A stretch of DNA of 38,696 nt from Squatina squatina. Taxonomy: Eukaryota. The stretch spans positions 9,245,060-9,283,755 of the forward strand of contig JARFOE010000162.1 of the NCBI GenBank assembly GCA_031763465.1. Direction: 5' to 3'. A program made the translations under genes and the position numbers. Positions 22,785 through 32,790 of the stretch are shown one piece after another; the stretch's first letter is position 1, and each line of letters opens with the position of its first letter. The notes beneath the pieces are model-generated. The model was given only the letters and a program-made list of their open reading frames with translations. It had not been told where the DNA came from and searched no databases.

Positions 22785-23734
22785 CTGAAACTCAAACACG
22801 ATGATGGGTGATGAACGAGTGAATGACAGAGCTGCTGGCAAGACTCTCCAAAGGCATTTATGAAAATTCAGGCAGCAAATATCGTTTCTGAAAAGTGGTT
22901 ACTGCGTATTACTGTGAAATGACAATGTGTAGGCGGTGAGCAGAAGTGACATGAGATATGGAGGAAGTGAGCTAACCTCAGCCTCGTTAAATGGGAAGCT
23001 GTTACAGAAACTGCAGTTTGCATTGCAGGACAGGAATATTATGTTTTTAAACATAAATTTTATATTTAGAGATCGTGAGTATCCCACCTGTACCATCCTA
23101 ACACCTTCCTTCCATCATCTGCACAAAGCACAGAGATCAAAAATCATTACTTACAGTTTCTCAAAAACAAAAAGGAATGGTCCACAGAGGAGGGATAAAC
23201 TCTGAGCCCCTCCCATAGTCGGCAGAAAAATAGAAGCACAAACTACCTCAACAATAGGTGCCAGCCTGCTACACATGGCAGGTATATCACTGGCTAGTTC
23301 ACCACAGACTGGAACTCCTACCTGGGCCCTGCTGGCATACACTGAGCAAAGACTAAAAATTCAAGCTGNNNNNNNNNNNNNNNNNNNNNNNNNNNNNNNN
23401 NNNNNNNNNNNNNNNNNNNNNNNNNNNNNNNNNNNNNNNNNNNNNNNNNNNNNNNNNNNNNNNNNNNNGCTGGCGGCCGCCATCGTTAAACGTCGGCCGG
23501 CGTTGGTGTCGGCTGATGTTTGCCGGACGATCGCCCCAGGAAAAAGCATGGGCCTCCTTGATCCTTCATAGGCTCCCTCGGTCCCTGGTTGTCCAGTGGG
23601 CCCTAGATCCCTGCCCGATCCGCAAGCCAGTGGCCCTTGCCTTTAAGGCAGGGGGCGGGGCTGCGACCTGTGCATGTGCGGTTGCACCGGCAATGTGGCT
23701 AACGCCACGCTGCTGGTGTAACCCGGCAGTCACG

Positions 23735-24505
23735 CGGAGTTGGACTGCTTGACCGACGTCCAGTCCTGGATGAGCTGAAATTTTCTCAAATATTGTCTTT
23801 GTCACCCCATCATAAACTCCATTCTCCAGCCATCGATTCCATTCATCTCCAGGGCCACTGTTTCAGGCTGCACCAGACTGTGCTCAACCTCCTCAGCCTA
23901 TATGAACCTGAGCTGAGCTTCTGACCCCATATCTTCTCCATCACAAAGACAGCCTGCATTCACATCCCTAATATCGCCCATTTCCACCCCTGCCTCAGAT
24001 GAGCCTGCCTGCTACTGAAACCCTCATCCATGCTTTTGTCACCTCCAGATTCGGCTGTTCTGGTGCTCTCGTGGCCGGCCTCCCATCTTTCTCCATAAAC
24101 TTGAGCTTATCCAAAACGCTGCTTCCCATGTCCTAACTCACATTAAGTCCCGTTCACCCATCGCCCCTGTGCTTACTGACCTACACTGGCTTCTGGTCCC
24201 TGAACACCTCCATTTTAAAATTCTCATCCTCATGTTCAAATACCTTCTTGGCCTCACCTCTCCCGATCTCTGTAACCTACTCGAGCCCGACAACCCTCTG
24301 AGAACTCTGCATTGCACTAATCTTCGCCCCACCATTCATAGCCGTGCGTTCAGTTGTCTATGCCCCTTAAAACCTACCTCTGATCAAGCATTTGGTGTCC
24401 TGTTCCAATATCGCCTTCTTTGGCTCTGTATCATTTTTTTCTGATTATGCTCCTGCAAAGCACCTTGGGATGATTTACAACATTTAAGGCTCTATATAAA
24501 CGCGA
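23735..24505 (+). mobile_element. L2-clade LINE 3' portion
   Basis: LDCLTDVQSWMS*NF, ETLIHAFVTSRF, KLELIQNAASHVLT, SPIAPVLTDLHWLLVPEHLHFKILILMFK, then an AAAGCACCTTGGGA..TATATAAA tail. Confidence 0.88.
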
Positions 24506-24788
24506 GTGGTTGATGTTATTTTTGGAGATCTGAGCTCTCAATGACTTGTCTCGTAATCATGCTCAGTTGTCCTATGTAATCTCTTTATTACCCTCTAGAG
24601 ATTATGGAATAAGATTCTAACAGCATTAACACTCAGGGCCCGAAATTTATCTGTGCTGCTTCAGGGCGGGAGCTGGCAATTTTCGCGCNNNNNNNNNNNN
24701 NNNNNNNNNNNNNNNNNNNNNNNNNNNNNNNNNNNNNNNNNNNNNNNNNNNNNNNNNNNNNNNNNNNNNNNNNNNNNNNNNNNNNNNN

Positions 24789-24930
24789 GCGCTCCCCCAG
24801 TACTGCTCCTCTGACAGTGCGGCACTCCCTCAGCACTGCTTGGAATGTTAGCCTAGATGTTGTGCTAGAGTGGGACGTGATCCCACAACTTTCTGCTTCA
24901 GAGGCGAGAATGCTAGTGACAGAGCCATAG
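24789..24930 (-). mobile_element. DeuSINE/SacSINE1-like SINE 5' head fragment
   Basis: CTCTGACAGTGCGGCACTCCCTCAGCACTGC..GAGTGGGACGTGATCCCACAACTTTCTGCTTCAGAGGCGAGAATGCTA is the reverse complement of the family head. Confidence 0.7.
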
Positions 24931-25226
24931 CTAATGCTACACTGAAATGTCCTGCCACTGAGTCAAACTTAATAGCCCTGGTGAATCAAGCATCATTGCC
25001 TCCCCCTCTGGAGTGATGTGCGACGTTTCAGTTTCCTGCTTCAGCCAGAGAGTGAGCCCAAAGGCAGAACAGGCCCCGTGGTGAATCGACGATGTGTGTG
25101 CATACCCGACAATGACACTCGGCGTTTTGGAGTATGAGTGCAGCGGACTAGCGTGCCTCCGCACACAGACACATCCCCGCTCACTGGTTCCGATCAACCT
25201 CTAATTGCCGTTTTGCCTTTCCACAG

Positions 25227-25469
25227 CGGTGGCAGATGCCATCAAGTGCCAGCACGAGCGTGCCATCCACCTATTCATCGACTCCCTCGTCAACGGAAAC
25301 TACCCGAGCATGGCGTACCGCTGCTCCAACCAGGAGACTTTCGAGAAGGGCATGTGCCTCAGCTGCCGGAAGAACCGCTGCAACACACTCGGCTACGATG
25401 TCCGGAGGATCCGGAGCAGGAGGAGTGGCCGCATGTATCTGAAGACTGGGGCAGACATGCCCTTCCGAG
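25227..25469 (+). CDS. LPL/LIPG/LIPC-family triglyceride lipase, 243-nt exon 6 (catalytic His), copy A
   Basis: cag/gtaggc boundaries, phase 1/1. Encodes [55 protein letters not shown]; the length equals canonical LPL-family exon 6. Confidence 0.93.
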
Positions 25470-26461
25470 GTAGGCATCGAACCCAACGTCGCCCTCTCCA
25501 CCTGGCACATCATTAATACATAGACCAGGGCCAGAAATTAAACAGAAATAATCTGTGTTTATTATATGGAAACCCCAGCTCACATACTTCCAGCAAGGTC
25601 TCTCTCCATTGGCTGTTATTGGCTGTAAGCTGATGAGGTTTATATTGACAATATCATTTCATTATTCATTAAGGCTCAGTCCCCTCAGTTCCTGAAATTA
25701 GCACCTCCAAGGTTTATAATTCATAGGGGGTCCAATTGGAGAGCGCNNNNNNNNNNNNNNNNNNNNNNNNNNNNNNNNNNNNNNNNNNNNNNNNNNNNNN
25801 NNNNNNNNNNNNNNNNNNNNNNNNNNNNNNNNNNNNNNNNNNNNNNAATTTTAACCTGCTCTGCTGAGCAAGCGTCTGGGGTACCCGCCTCAGGCTGCTA
25901 GGGTCCTTCCTTAAATGTGCAGATCGGGCCCCGACCCCAATTTTAACTCTGCCCTGAGTGGGTAAACTGGGAGGACAGGAGCTGGGACCAGAAGAGGTAG
26001 AACAGACCAGTGTAGTTTACCTTCCTTGTAGCGAGGGTGACCAGATGTCCCAGTTTTGAGGAAATATCCCGGTGTCCCGACACTTACCTCAAAATTGATT
26101 AAATGTCCCTTTTTGTTGTGCCCACCTGGCAGAGAATGGACTGCGCAGTCCCAGGGAAGAACGGGCGGTGCATGCGCAGGCTGTTTGTCCTGGTTTGCCT
26201 CTGTTCAGATCTGGTCTCCCTACTTGTGGGGCTAGGACTGAGGTGCAGGTGAGCTGCTCCTGGTCCCGCAAGGAAAGTTAGGCTTCCCATAGCCCAGGCC
26301 CACCCCATTCCCTCCTGCGAGATCCTCTCAATACCCATTCCCTACGACTTCGGTCGGACCACTGACCTGGGAGACAAGATCACCCAGGCCACACGAGGAC
26401 ACTGAGTGCCCCCCCTCCCCCGCCCAGATCCTGCTCCCATTAGCCATCGGCCCCGGCCTAC

Positions 26462-26704
26462 CTCGGAAGGGCATGTCGGCCCTGGTCTTCAGGTACATCT
26501 TGGTGCTCCTCTTGCTGTGGACCCGGTTGGCGTTGTAACCCAACGTATTGCAGCGATTCTTGCGGCAGTTCAGACACATCCCTTTCTCGAAAGATCTGTG
26601 GTTGCTGCAACGATACGCCATGCATGGCTGATCCTTGTACAATAGGGAATCGATGAATAAGTGGATTGAACGTTCGTGCTCGCACTTCACAGCTTCCGAA
26701 AATG
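26462..26704 (-). CDS. LPL/LIPG/LIPC-family triglyceride lipase, 243-nt exon 6 (catalytic His), copy B
   Basis: cag/gtaggc boundaries, phase 1/1. Encodes [66 protein letters not shown]. Confidence 0.93.
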
Positions 26705-26917
26705 CTGCGGGAAGAGAAGAAGATGTTGAATAAATCCTGCTTACTTTGTGCTAGGCATCAACTCAGGTCCTGTGGTGTCGGTCACTCCTTTAAATGGTCT
26801 GGACCACCTGCTTTATTACAGACATTAACTCCTACTGCCCTCTGTCTGCTAGTGTGGTAGCAGGACAATGAAACTCCCTTGTGATCGGGACCAGATCTCC
26901 ATGTCTTCAGCATGTTA

Positions 26918-27154
26918 GGAACATAGAAACATAGAAAATAGGAGCAGGAGTAGGCCATTCGGCCCTTTGAGCCTGCACCGCCATTCGATATGATCATGGC
27001 TGATCATCCAAATTCCGTACCCTGTCCCTGCTTTCTCCCCATATCCCTTGATCCCTTTAGCAATAAGAACTATGTCTAACTCTTCTTGAATATATTTAAT
27101 GACTTGGCCTCAACAGCCTTCTGTGTCGAGAATTCCACAGGTTCATCACTCTCT
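26918..27154 (-). mobile_element. CR1-clade LINE 3' end (elasmobranch HER1-like tail)
   Basis: (GAAACATA)n microsatellite tail, GGAGCAGGAGTAGGCCATTCGGCCC, and RVMNLWNS..AVEAKSLNIFKK on the minus strand. Confidence 0.85.
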
Positions 27155-27254
27155 NNNNNNNNNNNNNNNNNNNNNNNNNNNNNNNNNNNNNNNNNNNNNN
27201 NNNNNNNNNNNNNNNNNNNNNNNNNNNNNNNNNNNNNNNNNNNNNNNNNNNNNN

Positions 27255-27629
27255 CCCTGGTGTGTCTGCAGGCTGGACAATTGACTGAATCTCTTCCCAC
27301 ACACAGAGCAGGCAAATGGTTTCTCCCCGGTGTGGCTACGTCGATGAGTTTCCAGCTCGGAAGGATAGCTAAACCCCTTCCCACAGTCCCCACATTTATA
27401 GCGTTGCTCCCCAGTGTGGTTTCGCTTGTGTCTCTCCAGATTGAATGACCGGCTGAAGGTTCGTCCACACACCAAACACATGTACGGTTTCTCCCCGCTG
27501 TAAATGATGCATTTACCTTCCATATTCAAAGGCTGATGTTCAGGTGCTGATGAATCGAGCGACTCTGGCAGATCTTGCCGTGAAGTTTGATTTGAGATTC
27601 CTGTCTGTAAATCCTCCATGTCTAATACT
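27255..27629 (-). CDS. C2H2 zinc-finger protein exon (3 fingers visible, truncated by gap)
   Basis: tttcacag acceptor. [38 protein letters not shown] with Kruppel-type linkers. Confidence 0.9.
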
Positions 27630-29429
27630 CTGTGAAACAGGTTGATAAAGATCATTACTTAGAGCACAGGACATAAATTCAGAACAAAGTTCAAGTTTCT
27701 CTGGAACATTCTTCCCTGCTGTGTCCCTCCGAAACTGTAAATCCCCCATTCCACACACTCTCCTGCCTCTCTGCATCTTCAGAGTTTGGATTAAGCACTC
27801 TTCCGTCCACAGGCTCATACTTTCGTCCCTTCCCTCCCTGAAGTGCTGACTCTGGCTGGGGGACAGCTCCAGAGACATGGGTTGCCCTGGAGACAAGTGA
27901 CTATTCTTCACGCATGAGCTGAGACAGTAACTAATGTCGGGATATTTGACTACAGGGGCCCGCAGTTTCCACACGAGCACTTTCCAGCCTATCACTATCA
28001 GGAGCAGGAGCTCTGGCTGATTTAGTGCAGCGACAAAGGCCAATTGTCCTGGACCCAACTGCAGTCCCCACCATAGAGCTGGACTGTCCTGGTCTGCAGT
28101 GAAAGGGTCTTAAAGGCAGCGAAGAACTAGAGAATATTTTAACAGAAATGTGTGCACTGAATTAAACAAAGCTGTGTAAAGATTCAGTTTAGGAATGAAA
28201 AGGGGATTACAGTGGCTCTTTAACAGCCAGGTAGTTTAGGAAGGCGCCAGTGCCATTGTTGAGAGAGCTGCTACTCACAGGAGCTGTTGCTGCAGGTAGC
28301 CCCTGCTCTGGTGCCCCGCCCCGNNNNNNNNNNNNNNNNNNNNNNNNNNNNNNNNNNNNNNNNNNNNNNNNNNNNNNNNNNNNNNNNNNNNNNNNNNNNN
28401 NNNNNNNNNNNNNNNNNNNNNNNTGCAGCTTTCATCACCAGGGGAGGAAACAAGTCATTGAAGAGATCTGTAACAGGACAGCGAGTATTAATCTGACAAA
28501 ATCATTGCATGCAGAGGAATCTCCAGCATTCCAGTCAGTGCCCTGCTCAGGGTGTGGGGGCAGTTCACACGTGCAGTATTCCCTGTCTGTGAACATCTCC
28601 TTGATCCTCCAGTATTCCCACTCCCCCTGGCGAGCAGGGATGGGAGAGCAGGATCCATCGGGTATAGCAGCCACATCGAACAACAAACACGTGTTTTGTA
28701 CAGGTCCAAGTGTGACTGGGTACTGCCTGTTCCTTCCCTCTCATTCTATAAATTCATGATGAACTTTCTTCCCCTATTCACGTTCGATCAGAGGGAGGGC
28801 CAGTGTGTCCTGATGGCTGATGTGTGCTCGCCCTGCCAGCGAGCCTCAATCACACAATCAAACTCCTGCACTGCGAGAGGCTGGGATCATTTCACTCTTT
28901 ATATCACAGCCACATGTTTATTTCCAGGGGCACAGTTAAAACTCCAGTCAGTGAAGAGTTACACAGCCAGGTAACCGCTGATGAACAGAAAAAGAACTCT
29001 GAAGGACGATGGGAACAGGAAGTGTCTCGGAATCCTTTGGTCTTTCCTCGGTTGGAAACTTCTTCCGCTCCCACACGATCTGGAGACAATGTCTGGTAGA
29101 AGCAGCGAGTTTGGATCTCTTTTAAGGCAATGGCCCTTTCTATTGTGGATGAGATGCTGGTATTTTCAGTAGCGCATTGTACGTCAGAGTTAACACTGAT
29201 CAGAGAAGACCTGGGCCCAAGCATTGTCCAATCTCTTCCACTCCAGTCAGTGCAAGCTGAGGATTCCATACTGATTCCAGATTCAAATCACACAAAGTCC
29301 GGAGTAATCAGGGAACTTGATACCAACCCCTAGAAACACAAACGCACACAAGTAGGCTGAGCCAGCTTCAGGATCGCCCAAAGAATTACTTTTTCCACCT
29401 CTTTGTTGACCATTTTTCCACAGGAATGA

Positions 29430-29653
29430 TTTACATAGAATGCACACCACAGAAACAGGCCATTCGGCCCAACTGGCCTATGCTGCTGCTTAAGCTCCTT
29501 ATGAGCCTCCGCCCACCCGACTTCACCTCACCCTATCAGCTTAACTATTCCTTTCTCCCTTGTGTTTATCCAGTTACCCTTTGAATGCATCTATGCTCTT
29601 CACATCAACAACTCCTTCTGATCACGAGTTCCACATTCGAACCGCTCTCTGGG
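29430..29653 (-). mobile_element. CR1-type LINE/SINE 3' tail
   Basis: ACATAGAA..CACAGAAACAGGCCATTCGGCCCAACTGG..GAGTTCCACATTCGAACCGCTCTCTGGGT is a reverse-complemented CR1 3' end. Confidence 0.7.
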
Positions 29654-29889
29654 TCCTACAAGCTGAATATAGGGAGTTAGGAGGTAAATTAAAAAGTCAG
29701 ACCTCAAAGGTAGTAATCTCAGGATTACTCCCAGTGCCATGTGATCCCGAGAGTGGAAGTAGGAAGATATACCAGATGAATACGTGGCTGGAGAGATGGT
29801 GCAGGGGGGAGGGATTCAGTTTCCTTGGGCATTGGGGCCGGTTCTGGGGAAGGTGGGACCAGTTCAAACTGGACGGGTTACACCTGTGC
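29651..29889 (+). mobile_element. CR1 LINE ORF1 SGNH-esterase fragment
   Basis: VLQAEYRELGGKLKSQTSKVVISGLLPVP..MNTWLERWCRGEGFSFLGHWGRFWGRWDQFKLDGLHL, ending in the SGNH DxxH motif. Confidence 0.85.
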
Positions 29890-29989
29890 NNNNNNNNNNN
29901 NNNNNNNNNNNNNNNNNNNNNNNNNNNNNNNNNNNNNNNNNNNNNNNNNNNNNNNNNNNNNNNNNNNNNNNNNNNNNNNNNNNNNNNNN

Positions 29990-30070
29990 TCTGCTCTCCA
30001 CCGCCTTCCCAAGTCACTCTCACCCACAGCCACCCTCTGCTCTCCACCGCCTTCCCAATTCGCTCACAAG
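29990..30070. repeat. Tandem ~46-bp duplication/minisatellite end
   Basis: CTGCTCTCCACCGCCTTCCCAA occurs twice, next to a gap. Confidence 0.7.
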
Positions 30071-30176
30071 CAGCAGCACATGCACAGCCTCCAGCTTCCA
30101 ATCAATATTTCTCAAAGCCTTGAAGAGATGCAGTGAGAAGATTGTCGTGGGCTAAGCTGCAAAAAAAACTACTCAC

Positions 30177-30272
30177 CTTTTCGTACTTGTGCAGGAAGGT
30201 GTACCTCTCGATGGTGCTTTGCGACGCTCCATGGTTTAAATCACTAAACTGATCCTCCAAGTGCAGCAGATC
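30177..30272 (-). CDS. Arkadia-family E3 ligase (RNF111/RNF165-like) 96-nt pre-RING exon
   Basis: Encodes DLLHLEDQFSDLNHGASQSTIERYTFLHKYEK versus RNF111 [32 protein letters not shown] and RNF165 [32 protein letters not shown]. Strong AAG|gtgagt donor; polypyrimidine tract ending in gag. Confidence 0.82.
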
Positions 30273-30479
30273 CTCAAAAGTGAAAGAAGAGATCAGGTCA
30301 CAAAGAAATTCTGAGCTGCAGTGTCCAGTGAGGAAAAACCCACCAACCTGGCAAGTCTATGTGTACACAGAATATCACCACTCGCCCAATTACTGCACTG
30401 TTCAAGGTATTGCAACAATGGAACGAGGCAGCAGGACAGATGCACATAAACTACGGATTGGCCATTTATCGCTCAATAT

Positions 30480-30832
30480 TGGTGCAGTCACTGTGGCACA
30501 CTCAACTGAGTCAGAACTCAAATGGGTTTAGGCCACACTCCAGACACTTCAGCACATTACCCAGGCTGACACTCCCAGTCCAGTACTGAGGGACTGCTGC
30601 ACTGTTGGAGGTGCCATCTTTCAGATGAGACATGATGCCAAAACTTTCTTCTCAGGTGAATGTAAAAGATCTCACAGCACTGTCACTTATCTCATTGCTG
30701 TTTGTGGGATCTTGCTGTGCTCAAATTGGCTGCTGAGTTTCCTAAATTCCAAAGTGATGACACTTCACAAGGACTTCATTTAGGATGTGCTGAGGTGATA
30801 AAAGGTGCTACATAAATGCAAACTCTTTCTTT
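30480..30832 (+). mobile_element. DeuSINE/SacSINE1-like SINE (internally deleted)
   Basis: GGCTGACACTCCCAGTCCAGTACTGAGGGACTGCTGCACTGTTGGAGGTGCCATCTTTCAGATGAGAC core and AAAGGTGCTACATAAATGCAAACTCTTTCTTT tail. Confidence 0.75.
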
Positions 30833-31532
30833 AATCTGAGCCTGTCCTGCTCACCCCACCCAGACACGATGCCCCACTGGGAGCACTGGGCTTTGTAATT
30901 ACAATGGGTGAAGGGAGACCTGTTCAGCAGGGACCACTCTTTAAAAGCTGATCCTTTCTCTACAGTTGTTAAGGATGGAGTTGTACCTAAGCCGCATGTA
31001 ACGATTCCGCAGTTCTTTGTTCCCGACCCAACTTCATCCATCGGTTTCTGTTTTTTGTTGTTGAAGTGTGTGTTCACCTAGGAGAAGGATGTCCGTGCTG
31101 GAATATGGAACACGAGCACCTCTCAGCGTCAAAAAACATCTCCAGGTTCAGTATAGCACAGCCAGCAGCAGAATACAGTTTCCTCTATTCTGCCCCAAGC
31201 TCAGAGCAGAGTCCCTACACAGCAGTGCAGCAAGTCCCATTCCCATCACCCGCATGATCGTTCATTTAGATTCTCACACCGCCAGCGTAGCCTCGATACA
31301 AACCTTGGCAGAATGAGAGTGAATGGATCGTGTGGTAAACCCCGCTGCCCTCAATGCCCCTATTTGAAACATTGTCAGGTATAAACCATCTCATTTCATC
31401 TGTTTTTAGAAACTAGATTCCGAGCCCTTCTANNNNNNNNNNNNNNNNNNNNNNNNNNNNNNNNNNNNNNNNNNNNNNNNNNNNNNNNNNNNNNNNNNNN
31501 NNNNNNNNNNNNNNNNNNNNNNNNNNNNNNNN

Positions 31533-32086
31533 CAACGTCCGAGATGAGCTGAGACTCCAGGATGGACTGATATTCAGAGGAGAACGAGTTGTCATTCCAG
31601 CGTCACGGTGGAGAGAGATGAAAGAAACATTCCACACATCACATCTAGGAGTAGAAAGCTCTCTGAGACGAGCTTGAGAATGCCTCTACTGGCCTGGGAT
31701 GAACTCAGACATCAAGCACTATATCTCCACATGCTATGCATACAGGACGTATGAGCAGCAAAACCAGAAGGAGACGCTGATGCCCCATGATCTTCTTGAC
31801 CGACCGTGGGAAAAGATTGGAACAGACCTATTTGAGCTTGATGGTAAACATTACCTCATCACAGTGGACTACCTCTCAAACTTCTGGGAAATAGACAGAT
31901 TGTATGATAAAACCAGCAAGACTGTCATCAAGAAGCTGAAGAGTCACTTTGCACGGTATGGAATACCGAGAACAGTGATAAGTGACAATGGCGGACAATT
32001 TACATCAGAGGACTTCATCAAGTTTACAAATAAATGGGAGTTCAATCATCTCACCGTCTCTCCAAAACACAGCCAAATGAATGGGA
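31533..32086 (+). mobile_element. Ty3/Gypsy LTR retrotransposon integrase fragment (inactive)
   Basis: DGLIFRGERVVIP, HTSHLG, YWPGM, RPWEKIGTDLF, ITVDYLS and FARYGIPRTVISDNGGQF motifs. In-frame TGA at 31675; truncated after SPKHSQMNG. Confidence 0.92.
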
Positions 32087-32479
32087 ACACTGGTTCTCTA
32101 TCCGGAAATGGGGGGGTGGTTCTGGATCAGGCGGGGTCTAGGCCTGGCGATCAGTATCACCAGTTTCATGCTCAGGTGGAGAGTTAAATATCTAGTCCAG
32201 AGTCTCTATCGGTTTGGTCCGTATATTGTGGTGTATGTGCTCTCTGTAATGAGAAATTATTGCTATTAAATGCACCTTCAACACGTCTTTACCTGGTAAC
32301 CCCTGTGCATCGTGACATGGCTTTGCATCCCTCGCAGTCCATGATGGGGAAACACTTGCAAATGTGGGTGCATGAAGATGTCGGGCATCACCTGGCACAA
32401 TGAGAGAAAGGAAGAGCCATTGTATATTCCCCATGGTTTCACAGCCATACATCCAAACACACAAAACATTCAGCTCAAA

Positions 32480-32790
32480 CTGGAATAAGACCTCAGTTAG
32501 AGTACTGTGTGCAGCATTGGACTCCACACTGTAGGGAGGATATTGAGGCTTTTGAGAGGGTACAACACATTAATGATGCTGTCTGCTTTTGAGAAAATAC
32601 AAATACAAAGGAAGACCAAAAATTGGATCCTTTATCAGTTAAAACAATGCAGATTATGGGGCGAAACGATAAAGGTATTTAAAATTTAAGAGAAGATGCG
32701 ACAGTGTAGATAGAAGCAGATTGTTTCTACAGGTTTAAAGGTAAAGAACAAGGGGCCACAGATACAGTGATTTAGAACAGAGGGCAGGAG
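32480..32790 (+). mobile_element. Degenerate CR1 LINE 3' ORF2 fragments
   Basis: IRPQLEYCVQHWTPHCREDIEAFERVQ, GETIKVFKI and DSVDRSRLF..RTRGHRY motifs. Confidence 0.7.

Noticed and set aside
23469-23735. CpG-rich patch with GCCGCCAT (YY1-like)
   Set aside because: Short, with no linked exon, and it abuts an L2 element. More likely a transposon-derived GC-rich sequence than a promoter.
26033-26085. AGGGTGACCAGATGTCCC, a possible MITE terminal repeat
   Set aside because: I found no matching inverted partner in the contig, so a full element cannot be supported.
25227-26704. Lipase exons as an inverted repeat or allelic assembly duplicate
   Set aside because: 25 of 80 residues differ and the flanking introns are unrelated beyond the donor hexamer, so they are distinct genes.
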